64,000 nucleotides of DNA from Octopus vulgaris (lineage: Eukaryota): NCBI GenBank assembly GCA_951406725.2, contig OX597833.1:37262001-37326000 (forward strand), in the 5' to 3' direction. Positions 49,163 through 62,536 of this stretch are shown piece by piece (the stretch's first letter is position 1; each line of letters begins with the position of its first letter). A program made the position numbers and the translations under genes. A model generated the notes under the pieces. It did no database searches and had not been told where the DNA came from. It saw only the letters and a program-made list of their open reading frames with translations.

Positions 49163-50020
49163 ATAGAAGGATCACAAAAGTACTGCTCCCAAAATTACTG
49201 TAGAGCTTAATGACCACCTCAAGAACCCAGTTTCCACAAAAACTGTTTGCTGGGAGCTGCACAAAGCTGGATTTCACAGGAGGGCTGCAATCAGAAAACC
49301 ACTACTTTCAAAAACAAATGTTGCAAAGCGTTTAGAGTGGAGTAAAATCCTACAGAATTGGTCCCTAGAGCAGTAGAAAAATGCTATTTTCTCGGATGAG
49401 TCATCCTTTACTTTATTTCCGATCACTAAGTATACATGTGGAGACAGCCAAAAGAAGCATTTGACCCAGACTGCCTTCTTCCAACCGTTAAACATAGAGG
49501 AGGATATGTGATGATCTGGGGGCTATATCTTGGAAACCCGCCAGCCCAATGGTTTTCCTTCATAGCAGAATTAATAGTCAAGACTATTTAAGTATTTTAT
49601 CTGATCAAATTCATCCTATGGTTACAGAACTGTTTCCGGAGGGAAACGCAATCTTTCAGGATGATAATGCACCAATTCACACAGCTAAAGTTGTTACTGA
49701 ATGGCGCAAGGAACATTCTAGTAAAGTTGAACATCTTATCTGGCCACCACAGTCCCCAGATCTCAATATTATTGAACATTTATGTTGCATTTTAGAAAAA
49801 CAAGTTGGGAGTCGATATCCTGCACCATCATCACTAAATGAACTGGAGACTGTCTCAGCTGAAGAATGGACAAAAATTCCTTTGGAAGCAATTCAAACTT
49901 TGTACGAGTCCATACCTCATAGAATTCAAGCTGTAATTACTGCCAAAGGTTGTCCTATCCCATATTAAAATAAATTTGTTTGAAATTTTAAAGTGTTACC
50001 ATTATTTTGTCCAACCCCCG
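49163..50020 (+). mobile_element. 5'-truncated Tc1-like transposon with DD36E catalytic spacing
   Basis: RAAIRKPLLS, IFSDESSF, PTVKH..VMIWG, FQDDNAPIH..(36 aa)..WPPQSPDLNIIE; 3' end ttttgtccaacccccg|TA. Confidence 0.92.
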
Positions 50021-50064
50021 TATGATTAATAATACTAAAATAACTCATGTTTGTTTTGGAGGAA

Positions 50065-50240
50065 GGGCAAAGCTGATTAAATCAACCCCAGTGTTCAACT
50101 GGTACTTGTTTTATCGACCTCCAAAAGGATGAAAGGCAAAGTCTACCCCAGCAGAATTTGAACTCAACATAAGGACGAACAAAATTCCACTAAACGTTTT
50201 GCCCAGTGTACTAACAATTCTGCCAGTTCACCACCTTCAA
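50065..50240 (-). mobile_element. SINE family B
   Basis: ccccagtgttcaactggtactt...aaaggatgaaaggcaaagtc...ctaacaattctgccagttcaccacc. Confidence 0.85.
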
Positions 50241-50619
50241 ATTTATATAATGTTAATCAATGAATGTAACAAATGGCACATACAGTAGTGTATACAGTGA
50301 GAAAAGGGTGAATGATGGTAAATTTAATAAAAAAAAAAAAAAAACAGACCATGAATGTGAATCTTCCTGTGATTGGCAAATCCCAAGCTTTCCTCTTCAC
50401 TATTGATGCAGAAGTCTTCAAACAGCAACCAACACATTTCTCATTGAAAATACTCCCACTACTTGTCAGTTCTGAAGTTTCTGGGTATCAACATAGGCTC
50501 AACAAAAGTTGAGATTGTGAAGATACTGGAGAGCAGAGAGGAGTGGATTTGTGCAAGATGGAAAGGATCCTTAGTGAAACACTTCACAGGCAAGAAGTAG
50601 CAAATACAAACTTATCCGG

Positions 50620-53120
50620 GTGTATAAAAGTGATTGTAGGTGTGTCATAGGCAAAAGAGTTATCCACTCAGTGTGAGGAGAAACCAGGGTGTATGGCAGG
50701 CATACCTGTTAGTTGAGGATCAGATGGACAGAGTAATTGAGGTAATCAGATGTACTATACTATAGTTAAACTCAGATCAGCTTTGTACGACTCAACATTT
50801 ATTTATGTGTTCACTCCACTGTTGGGCTTGACTGGCAAACAGAAAGACCATATCTATATGACCCTAGGCTACCTCAACAATGAACAGTAGTAACTTCAAT
50901 ATCATGGTTGGTGACTTTAACTACCATGTTGGTCAACGAAATGATGACTTCCTTTGATATTCCTGGAAGTTATGGCTATGGTACAAGAAATGAGGAGGGT
51001 GTAGTAAGGCTCCTGGACTTCTGTGATGCAACTGGATCTGCCAATTGGCTACACACACTTCGAAAAACCAACTCACCATCTCATTGCCTCTGGTGAGCAT
51101 TCTTATCAAGAAATCATCGTATATATCAAAACCTTTCCCTATGACGAATGCATTACCCTTCACAAATTAGTGGCTTATGGCTTCTGAATCAGAACTAGGC
51201 AAATTCAGAAACAAAAATATGGAGAAGGAAGGCATAGAAGCTAAAAGATCTTGCAGTTGGTCATTGGTTTAGAGAAGTTCTAATTGACACATATGACTGT
51301 AATGAAAAGGAATTAGATACTTGTAGCATACATGACAACTGGGAATTCCTCTAGATAACCTACTAATGGCTACATATAAAACATGTTGCTAGTGCAGTTT
51401 TCCAGCCAAGCAAAACGTGACAGCTTAGTAGATAGTTCTATAAAAGCAAAGAAACAAGCTTGGAAAGCCTGGATGAAAGGTAATAGAAAGCATTTTCAAG
51501 TAGTTAGAAAGGCAGACTAAGGAAGAAGCAAAAAGGAATATATATATATTATATATATGTTCTGCAATGTGAAGATCAGAGGTATGGTATATTCAGGATT
51601 GTGAGACAGTGTGTTAGAGAGAGCCAAGGTGTCTGGGGAGAAGTATATCCAAACTTATGAAGGTACATACACCATTGCTGTGGAAGACAAGAAATTGGCA
51701 TAGAAGCGCTATTATGAAAGGCTGTTAAACATGGATAATGCATAGGAGAAAGAGGGGCTGTTTCATGTTGATATAGAGGAACCAGAAATTAAAGACATGA
51801 AGATAGAGAAAGCTGCTGATTCATGAAGGATAATCATTGAGACAATCAAAATAAGATATTTGATAATCAAAGTTGGATACTTGATATTCATTTGAATAGT
51901 TAATCAAGTAATATAGGAGGGTGTCATACTCAATGACAGGCATAGCAGTATCATTGTAATTGGCTAAAAGAGCAAAAGAGATGCTTTTAAGGAGAGGAAT
52001 AAAATTGTTGAACCAAGCTTATGAAGGTCATGGAGAAATTTATAACACAATTGATCCATGACAGTAGACCTAGATGAGATGTAGTTCAGCTATGTGCCAG
52101 GAATTGGTATCACAAATGTGATTTTCCTTGTGAGGTATCTGCTAGAGAAATATTTAGCTAACACTGAACCTCTATATCTGGCATTAGTTAACTTGGATGA
52201 GTCCTTTGGCAGTGTTTGACATGCTGTAATTTGGTGGTTCATAACAGAGCTAGGTGTAGATAAATAGCCTGTGAGTATCAACTGTTAGTTCAGTGTTCAT
52301 GCCACCACAGAGGAATTAAAGACCGGCTGCCTGTGGGAGCTCTTATATGCCGATGATCTATTTCTTATAGTTGAATCTGAAGAAATTTCAGACATAGAAA
52401 TAAAATCCATAATCAAGAGGCCTCAATATGAATTTAGCAAAAAACTGCAGTGTTAATAAGAAGAAAAGAAACAGGACCTGGTATTGTCAGGGAAATGGAG
52501 GGAATGGTCTTACTTGTTATGCAAGAGGGGAGTAAGTATAAACTTCAAATGCTGTACCCAGTGTATGCTAATGACACAGATATTATGGAATGAAGGCAAG
52601 CCCAGCAGAGAAAGAAAGATTTGTGTGTAGTAGATGCACCAGAGCCATATGTACTCAGAGCTTACCAGAAATAAATGTCCAGCTGGTTCAGTGGATGTAG
52701 TTGATAGCTTCTGTTATCTAGCTAACATAACTAACAGGAAAGGTAGTTGTTCTGAAAGTATAGGGGCCAGGGCAAAGATGGATTGGAAGAATACCACTAT
52801 TGGCAGGTGAAAAGTAGATTATATAATTCTTGTGGGCCTTGAACACAGAAGACTAGAAACCAATGAAATCATCATGTTTGGATGGTTGTGTAAATTTAGT
52901 ATGCATCAGTGTCAGAGTACAAATCAGCTGAGAGAAAACTGTGTATAGGAGGAATCTAGTTCAGCCTGCTGCATATGGAAGTGACAAACACTCTAACTGA
53001 GAGGGAGACCAAAGAAGACTTGGGATAAAATAGTGAAGGCTGATCCGGAGGTGCTGCACCTCAAGGAAGTGATAAGAAAGTGCCACACAGATAAGCAATA
53101 TGCAAGCTGCAGAAAACCCA
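50620..53120 (+). mobile_element. Old, near full-length RTE family B copy (APE to C-terminus), heavily decayed
   Basis: [51 protein letters not shown], Cys-rich insert, GRPKKTWDKIVK. Confidence 0.88.
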
Positions 53121-53519
53121 TCTACCCATACAAAACATACCCTACCAAGCCTATCTCTGCTGCTGTCTTACCTTGTATCCTCACTCCCCCTCTCATCTAC
53201 CTATTACTCATACTCCTTCAGGTTGCTATTTCCCCATCTATCCACCAACTTCATCCAAAAGTATGGAAACCAAATTTGATTGCAGTAGGATTTGAACTCA
53301 GAACTTAAAGCACTGGAACAAATACCTCAAGGATGTTTTCTAATTCTCTAACAACTATGCCAATCCAACCCCTTGGAAACTTATTTAACTTTTAAATGGT
53401 GGACACCAATTGACACATGGGCATCTACTTCGTCTAATGCACCTAAGCATAAGTGGCCCTTTTCAATAGGAAAAACCAAGTTGCAAATGTGTACAGAAAT
53501 GAAGTTTCTTCTGACTTAC

Positions 53520-53605
53520 CCTCATCACCAAATGTGGTGGATGATGAGGATGGTGATCATGTTCTAGATGGCACAACACATAACAATGTGATGCTTCAAC
53601 TAGTT
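53520..53605 (-). other. Candidate internal exon (86 nt)
   Basis: Acceptor cactttttccaaccag|AA and consensus donor AGG|gtaagt; one open frame ELVEASHCYVLCHLEHDHHPHHPPHLVMR. Confidence 0.4.
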
Positions 53606-53774
53606 CTGGTTGGAAAAAGTGAACTGATTTTTTCCAATTATACATTCATTTCACAATGTGGGAATCTCAAATGAATTTATGCTTATGCTAGATGTGCAAA
53701 GGAAAGTGAATATTTTACTGCACTTTTCACTAATGAGGTTATACATTTTATTCTATGAGAACTAACAATTATTA

Positions 53775-53817
53775 TAATTTTTGTACTTATTTAAACTGAA
53801 AATAAGTACAAAAATTA
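53775..53817. repeat. Perfect hairpin, 18-bp arms and 7-nt loop
   Basis: taatttttgtacttattt-aaactga-aaataagtacaaaaatta. Confidence 0.9.
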
Positions 53818-55287
53818 CCTCTAAGAAAAAGAGTTATTTTTTGCCTTTTGCTTGTTTATCACACATATTCGTGTAAGTCTTTCCTGCCATTCAAAGGTTA
53901 ATGATACAATTTTATGGTTTTTGATATTTTAAATATGTAAGGTTTATGTTCTTAACTGTAGTCTTAAATACCAAACTATACATGTGAAGTCTACAAAATA
54001 CATTGTTAAATTGTTTTACTTGGATTTTGAACATGAAACTGGAAAATATTTCTCAAGCTTATGTCTCTATATAATCATCTTTAATGACTTGAGCACTTTT
54101 ATGATATGGTAATATTTGTATATGGAGGAAGTGGGGTAAAACTGAAACCGATATTTTGCAGATTTATGCTAAATAGAATTTAGACATTGATTCAATGTCA
54201 GTTATAGAGATTGTTTTTTTTTATTGCAACTGACAATGGCAGAGCAGTACAAAAATAAAGCACTATTAAAATATGTAAACCAAGAACATTATCACTTCAA
54301 AACAGATTTTTTTGTTCTTTCTACTTCTTCCTGATTTTTTAAAATTAATAGATCTAAATGTATTCATTAAATTACAAATTTAAGAGACAAAAACAGCACT
54401 ATGCCTAACTAGAACTCTATATCTAGTGCTTGCTGGACTGCTGTATTGCTTATTACTTAACAGTGCATTTGCCAGTCTTACCAATCCTTGTATTTTGTTC
54501 ATAATTTGTTTCTGCTATTTTAACTACTGTTATTTTATTTCCACAACATAATTTGTCACACACTTAACACCATCACCATATCATTTCCATTAAAATCTTA
54601 TTTATAAATGCCTCAGAATGAACATAGCACAGGTCTACATGTTTAGCTCTTAACATCCTACTGAAAATTTTCTAAGTCAGAAGAAGCCCAGTCCCATGAT
54701 GAATAATTCTGTTACAGAACAGAAATGAATGATTGAGAGAGGGAGTTCAGACACTAGAAGGTTCCTCAATTCCTTCAAAATGAATGTATACAAAGTCAGT
54801 ATGATTCATGTGATATCATGGCTATCAGGATTGGTTGACTAATGCAGTCCTGTGCAGTTCTGTTTCACACAGGTTGTTAGGTGTTAATAGTTGTATTGAC
54901 CTTTTGTATTTGTTCCCTCTACAAACCATTACAGCTCACTCATGACTCCTCTTCAAGTTTTGTGCTCTTATGAGAAAAGAGACGAGAAACAAATATTCCC
55001 CTGGTTAGGATACCAAACTGTCGCTGGAAACTTTCCCCATAGGAGAAACTGAAATGGACACCATGTCAATTTTCAGTTTGATACTTTAGCTGCTGTTTAC
55101 AGAAAGGATTTGTTACAGCTCAGGTTGTCCTATCCCATATTAAAATAAAGAGAGAGAGAGAGAGAGAGGGCGTACATACATGCATGCACTCTTATATTGC
55201 TGTATTATGTTTATTTGTTGATGACTTTGTATATTGAACTGTCTGAGATTTAAATGTTATTGCTATACTGACAAGGTCATACTAATG

Positions 55288-55343
55288 ATCAGGTGTGATA
55301 AGTATTAATTTACTCATCAGGTGTGATAAGTATTAATTTACTC
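55288..55343. repeat. Exact 28-bp tandem duplication
   Basis: atcaggtgtgataagtattaatttactc occurs twice. Confidence 0.95.
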
Positions 55344-55427
55344 ATCTGTACTCTCTCATGTATTGCAGTAGATATAATATATCTAGCTTCTGAAGTGTAT
55401 TTCAGTATCTTATCTTTCATTATTTAT

Positions 55428-55781
55428 TTGTTTCAGTCATTAGACTGTGGCCATGGTGGAGCACTGCCTTGAAGAATTTTAGTCAAATGAATTAACCCAG
55501 ATACTTATTATTTTTTAAGCCTGGTACTTATTCTATCGGTCTCTTTTGCCAAGCCACTAAGTTACAGGGACATACACATACCAGTTATCAAGTAGTGGTG
55601 GGGACACATACACACACACACACACAACAGGCTTCTTTCAGTTTCTGTTTACCAAATTAATTCACAAGGCTTTGGTCAGCCCAAGGATATAGTTAAAGAC
55701 ACTTACGCAAGGTGCCACACAGTGGGACTGAACCTAGAACCATATGATTAACAAGCAAACTTCTTACCACACAGCCATGCC
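55428..55781 (-). mobile_element. SINE family A, full length
   Basis: Reverse-complement match to 57115-57530. Confidence 0.9.
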
Positions 55782-56961
55782 TAACAACAAAATTTCAGTA
55801 GTTAAAAAAAAATAAATGCATATTTGTGTAATATATCCAAGCATACACACTTCCATGATTTATTTGATTTAATCTAATTTTTATTTGTTGCTTAATACTT
55901 GAATCCATAATTTTCATATTTTTTAATTGTTTTTTTTTTTTTTTTGTAATATTGATATCAGCTTGTTCATTCAAACTGATATTAATAAAAAGGTTATTGT
56001 GTCGAACTTCTCCTAAAAACAAAGAATCTGATATTAGGATTTTATGCATATCGCAGTAGTATTTTATAAATCTCATACCACGCTGTTAAAATACTCTGTG
56101 TGACAGAAAATATTAGACTAACATCAAAATATATGAGAATAGAGCTTAACAATAATCTATTGCATAGTGCTTTTCCACATCATTTAGCACAAAGCAACCT
56201 GTTAACTTCAATTACTTTGTTCAGTCATTCAGACTAAAGCTATCAACAACATACCATTATCAAAGAACACTACTTGTGTTTTCCTTTCCTTTTTAATGAT
56301 TTATTTTCGAGAATTTATTTTCCTTCTTTCAATAATAAGCCTACTTTAAAGTTGACAATTATTTCTGAACAACATTGTATGAGTCTTTGTGTGTGTGTGT
56401 GTGCGCGTGCGTGTGTGCGTTTGAGTACACATGCATGTGTATGTGTGTGTATATATATAGGCACCTCCACATGGGAATGCTGGATTCCTGAAAATTTTTC
56501 CTTAACATGGAATTCCAGTATGCAAATCCTATTTTCCATTAGGTTCCATGTTGTATGGAGGTCAGTAGGAAATTCAATGTATATGCAGGCATGCATGTAT
56601 ATTGATGGACATTTTTATAAAGACATCACTCATCAATTACACATTAAAATCACTGTGCGTCTGTATTCAAGATTGAATTGAAACAAATTCTATCTAAATA
56701 AAAGCAGATTTTTTTAAATACTTTTCAAATCATATGTGTGTATAGAAACACACACATAACTGTTGAACAAGCAATTTGAAGAATTTTGATTTGCTCTGAA
56801 ATCATTTATGATTGTAAGTGTAGAAGGTGTGCTAAAATGTTATTATAGCTGCTCCAAAGAGCTAACAAAGTTACATGACTCTTTGGTTGACATATTTTCT
56901 TTCTTTCTGCAATTTTTAATTAAACTGTTATATTAGATCAGTGTGAAATATATATTCTTGT

Positions 56962-57085
56962 AGGCACAGGCATAGCTGTATGGTCGATGAGTTCAGTACC
57001 ACCGCACAGTGTCATAAGCATCTTCTACTATAATCCCATGCTGCTGATCAATGCTAAGTTCAGAAATTTGGTAGATGGAAACTGT
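56962..57085 (+). mobile_element. SINE family A, deleted partial copy
   Basis: ggcacaggcatagctgtatggt...gttcagtacc...tcttctactata...atttggtagatggaaactg. Confidence 0.7.
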
Positions 57086-57114
57086 GTATCTAAATATATA
57101 TAAATATAAACATA

Positions 57115-57285
57115 GGCGTAGGAGTGGCTGTATGGTAAGTAGTTTGCTTACCAACCACATGGTTCTGGGTTCAGTCCCACTGTGTGGCACCTTGGGTAAC
57201 TATCTTCTACTATAGCCTTGGGCCGACCAAAGCCTTGTGAGTGGATTTGGTAGACGGAAACTGAAAGAAGCCCGTCGTATATGTG

Positions 57286-57316
<31 letters not shown>

Positions 57317-57530
57317 CTGTGTTTGTCCCCCCTAGCATTGCTTATAACTGATGCAGGTGTGTTTATGTCCCCGTAACTTAGCGTTTCGGCCAAAGAGACT
57401 GATAGAATAAGTACTGGGCTTACAAAGAATAAGTCCCGGGGTCGATTTGCTCGACTAAAGGCAGTGCTCCAGCATGGCCACAGTCAAATGACTGAAACAA
57501 GTAAAAGAGGTAAAAGTAAAAGAGAAAAGA
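57115..57530 (+). mobile_element. SINE family A, full length (tRNA-like head, CORE-like block, internal TA/TG array, LINE-like tail)
   Basis: A box tggctgtatgg, B box ggttcagtccc, gcaccttgggtaac; tail ggcagtgctccagcatggccacagtcaaatgactgaaacaagtaaaag. Confidence 0.92.
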
Positions 57531-57917
57531 GATATAGATATGTGTGTGTACATCAATGTGTACAAACTGTGGTGAACCACACTCTAGACAGTAATGGCAC
57601 CATTTGTAGCAAGCAATGACATCACCATCTGTGACATTTATTGACATTTCCTGTCAACAGATTGCCTGCTACCTCTGCACTTTCAAATTCCTCTAGAGTT
57701 AAAATTTCTTTTCTCAAAAATCTGGCAAAGAAGAGTGCATCAGGCCATAAAAATCCTACATGAAGTACTTCACTGTCTAACCCTTGCTAGCATGGAACAG
57801 TTATTAAACAAATACAGGGGAATGGAAATATGCTGCATTTGCAGACCTGTCCTTTCAGCAATGGCTTCGAAAAATAAACATAATACAGCAATATAAGAGT
57901 GCATGCATGTATGTACG

Positions 57918-58035
<118 letters not shown>

Positions 58036-58842
58036 CCCCAATGCTCTTTTCAAGCTTATCCACAGTTAAAATAAATTATATCTACTGTAAATTGCCAATA
58101 AAATATACTGGTAATTTCTTCTGCATGTTTTAAATTTTGTATAAAACAAAACAAAATATATTTAAATCACTCTACATCCATCCTATCCTTTTCTTGCCTC
58201 TAGCTTGCATGTAATAGCATGGTAGGTAATTTTGGGTTTTGCTTGAGTTGTTACAGTTTAATGCCATAGCCAGATAAATTCCCTAACATTAATCATTCAA
58301 TCATAAAGTAGGAATGGCCCTGGGCAATAGAGTATTTGCTCAAGATTGAAGTTGAAAGTTAATCACTTAACAACTAAAAAAAATCTTTATTTCGACAGAC
58401 AATTAATACTTCAGATCACATTGTAAATTAAAGCATTCAAAATACAAAGAAGCAAAAATAAAAAGAAAAAAATGGGGGGTAAAATAGCAGAAGATTGTGA
58501 GGAAGGGGACGATGTGCCACACACCCTGGAACAAACTGTGTGCTCAGCCACACCCCATGGTAATGACTGATGGCATGAAATTGTTTGATGAACAGAATAG
58601 ATTTCATTTCTTTCTTGTTTTTTTTTTATTGTCCTGTTGTCCCCTGCCATTATTTATTTATGATTTACATAGTTAATGTTGTGACAACTAAATTAGATGA
58701 CAGTAATAACTAATAGCTGCATGGAGGTGAAGACCATATCACTAAATAACTATATGTGGAACAATTAGACACTTTTTGTTAAAGCAAATAGTATTGGTTA
58801 TGGGCACAATATAATTAAACTGAGTTGCTTAGCACATCTAAG

Positions 58843-59060
58843 ATGGTTAGCTGGCAGAATCATTAGCATGGCAAAGAAAATGCTTAACAGCATTTCGTCC
58901 ATTTTTATGTTCTGTGTTCAAATTCTGCTAAGGTCAACTTTGCATTTCATCCTTTTGGGGTCAATAAAATAAGTATCAATTGAACACTAGGGTTGATGTA
59001 ATCGACTTAGCTTCTCCCCCAGAATTTCTGGCCTTGTGCCAAAGTTTGAAACTATTATTA
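58843..59060 (+). mobile_element. SINE family B, near full length
   Basis: gctggcagaatcattagc...gttcaaattc...tttcatccttttggggtcaataaaataagta...ggccttgtgcc...attatta. Confidence 0.88.
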
Positions 59061-60534
59061 CTGTCACATTTCCAAACAACATAATCCTTGGTGCAATGTT
59101 ATTGAGAATAACTCCCATTAAATATCTTTAGTCTTTCACTTAAAGACTAGTTGGTAATAGTATTTTAGTATACTAGGATGTGAAGAAGACATCTCAAGTG
59201 AGAAGTGTCAACCAACCATTTCAGATATAAAAGGAAAAAAAGCAAACATTCGAATATAATTATCTAATATTATTGGGTAATTAACAGTAGTTTTCCTGTA
59301 AGTGAAATATCTTTATATTTGACTGGAATTATAGCTTATTTCAGTAAATAAGATAATAATTTCTCACTTAGATACAACACATTACAAGGTGTGGGATGAG
59401 TTTGTATGAGGACAAAAGTTTACAGGGTATGGAATGTGATTGTGTAAGAAAAGGTTACAGAGATGAAAACATGATTATGTTAGATTACAAATTTATAGGC
59501 TATGGAATGAGATTGCATAAGAAAAGATTACAAATTTGTAATGTGTAAAATGAGATTGTATGCTGGTCCCTTTAGTATAATCATTCCTTTTAACCTTCAG
59601 TTTTTCAATTAATCTTGTATTTTATTTTGTCATTTTAATCTTATTTAAATTGTATGTGATAGGTTATTTTTAAATCTAATGACTTCTTCAGATTTAATTT
59701 TAGTGTAATGAAAATGGCTTTAAAATATATATTTCCATCGGAATGCTTATTATCTATTTTTACTCTCCCCATCCTTACTCAGATGATTTCTTAAACTTGG
59801 AAATGGAATGTGTGCACCAATGAAACATGTTAGTATTCTGGGCTTTAAAAGCTGTAAATTCAGCAATATACACAGAAACTTGTTTTAGATTCACATTGTT
59901 TTACTTTCAATAACAAATTATTATAGCTTGTTTCAGTATTATCTTTACGCTTCTTTTATAGAATATTACTATATCAGGAATTTTTATTTTAGGATAGTTC
60001 ATTAGCTCCTCTTGTTAATCATCATTCATGAAACAGACTACTATGCTCACCGAACAGACACATCTATTTTCATTAAGGTTCATCGTTGTTCTCTTTATGC
60101 ACAGATTGTGTTGTATAGTGATTTGAACTAAATCTACTTAAAAAGAGGATGTGCAATTAAAAAAAACCCTGAAAAATTGTTGAAACTGTTGTCCTTGTCG
60201 GCCAAATATGTTTTCTGTTAATCTGTAATATAAATAAATATATGAATATAAAGTATGCTTATATCAAGTTAAATGGCTCCATAATTTTATTTTCATTTAT
60301 AAAGTAATTTTGTTTTGTTATAGCACAATTCATTTGAAATAGGATTACTTTTTGACTTGTGTAGCAATATCCTTTCAACGATGACCTTGCAAATGCATAT
60401 AAAACTAATGAATCGGAAATGTCCTAAAGTAGTTTGGTGTTGTAGAATCAATCAGTAGTTACCTGTTTATATCTTAAGGCAAATCTAGTTGTTAAATAGA
60501 AAACATTTGTAAGTAAAGAATTTCTTAGAAATAT

Positions 60535-60714
60535 TGGTTTCACATTTTGGCAGCAATTAAGTCAATTACATCAATCCCAGTGCTCAACTGGTACTTATTT
60601 TGTCAACCCCAAAAGGATGAAAGGCAAAGTTGACTTCAGCAGAATTTGAACTCAGAACGTAAAGATAGACAAAATGCCACTAGGCATTTTGCCCAGCGTG
60701 CTAACAATTCTGCC
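60535..60714 (-). mobile_element. SINE family B with perfect 18-bp target-site duplication
   Basis: agaatttcttagaaatat at 60517-60534 and 60715-60732. Confidence 0.9.
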
Positions 60715-60967
60715 AGAATTTCTTAGAAATATCCAAAGTAAATATTTCATTCGTGAATTATTCTATATAGCACTAGGATTAATTTATGTCTCGCTTTGCA
60801 TATCTGAAGTTTTTTTTCAAATTCTGCTGTCTTCTTTGTATTAAGGTTTCCCACTGCATCTAAAAATGATTAACATGCATTGGCAAACAGAATTTGTAAC
60901 AAAAAATTTTAGCATTAAGATACTGACTATAAATCAACTAATGTATAAAGTACTGAGTCCACATACC

Positions 60968-61137
60968 ATCTAATCTGTGAAATACTTTACTCCATAAAGC
61001 ATCTGGTCTGTAAAGTAGTTGGTCCATAAGACATCTAATCTGTGAAGTATTTTGGTCCATAAAGCTTTTACTCTGTGAAGTATTTGATTCACAATGCATT
61101 TAACCATGAAATATTTTGGTCCCTAATGCATTTAATC
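60968..61137. repeat. Degenerate minisatellite, 32-33 bp unit, about 5 copies
   Basis: Consensus atctaatctgtgaagtattttggtccataaagc. Confidence 0.88.
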
Positions 61138-61538
61138 CATCTCTGTACTATCTCAGTCATCCCCTATCACTTGACAAATCATAACTTCTTGTTGTTTGTA
61201 GTAGACAAGGTGATTGTTTGTACATGCATAGTTATCTAACAAAATTGATATACAGTTATACTAGTTTCATTAATATGTCCCAGTATGTTCTGGATGAAGA
61301 GATAATACTGTAGAACAGCATTTGGACATAGCTCCTTTTGCCATGCACTACAACTAAGATGTGAGGTTAAGCCTTTCAGCTGTCAGCATAAAGAGATAAT
61401 TAGTATTTGAAATTGAGGTCTACCCAACAGTTTTCATTCAGTAGAAACTACTGAATAGAAACACTTAAAAATTGACAATATTATCTGGAATAGGCAATCT
61501 GTGAGTCTAATACTAATATCACATCAGTGTGATAACCT

Positions 61539-61703
61539 TACAGGCATTGTACATCTGCAGCTTTGAAAACCAGTCTTAAATTTGTGTTACAAAAATAATG
61601 TTGACATGTATACTTATAAGAATATATTTCTTATAAAGACGTGTACATTTAATAGCTAACAGGGTTTTAATCAACTTTGCTTGTGTATAAGTTCCAAAAC
61701 AAT
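61539..61703. repeat. Copy 1 of a diverged 165-bp direct duplication
   Basis: Aligns end to end with 62537-62700. Confidence 0.85.
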
Positions 61704-62536
61704 GAGAATATAAGTAAAAAAAGCTGATTGAAAACTACACATCACTATCATTTTTTACTTGAGATTTATTTTTTCAATTGACTTGAAGTCATTTTTTATA
61801 TACATTTGAATTTCCATGAATTTTCATCAAAATCTTATAAAAATGTAATAACTGATCAATTTTAAACAAAATTCATCTGTCTTTTCTTCTGGAGGTGCTT
61901 AGTTGTGGTAAGCTGCACTTCAAGGTTGAAAAATTGGAAAAAAATACTCAAAACAACACATGAAATAGTATTTGTCTACAAGTAGGCATTTGTAAACAGA
62001 CTAATTCTGCACTGACTTACCTATTTTTTGTTTGAATGGCTTTTAATAGAGTTAATCATTTTTTGCTATATAGGAATTTGGTCAAGCCTCAAATATCTAG
62101 TAAACTGTGGATATGGCCTAAGCAGATTAAGATGCTCAAATATTAAATACAAAACTTTGAATTCCAAAATACTAAACAATGCACATTGCTCTGATTTGAT
62201 TAAAATATAGAACATACAGGTTCCATCCTCTCATGCAAATATTCATACATGAAAAAGAAATTTATTCATCCACATTTAGTATGAAATTAAAAATCTTTGA
62301 ACAAGATTGTTATGACTGGGGTGAAGATATGTTTAGATACTAATTTATTGTGAAGATAAAATATAAATTATTCATAACTTCTACCATATATGTTCATGAC
62401 TTGACCTCTGCATGTAGCTAGAATGGTTCTGCATTTCTTGCAGCTTCCCCATTCAATTTCAAGTTAAACATGGTCAATTGATTGATGTAGATAATATATC
62501 TTACATATGACTCAGTATTTCAGCATGGTTACTTCA

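Noticed and set aside
58489-58559. Plus-strand mini-exon EDCEEGDDVPHTLEQTVCSATP with gtaatg donor
   Set aside because: The acceptor lacks a pyrimidine tract and no partner exons were found.
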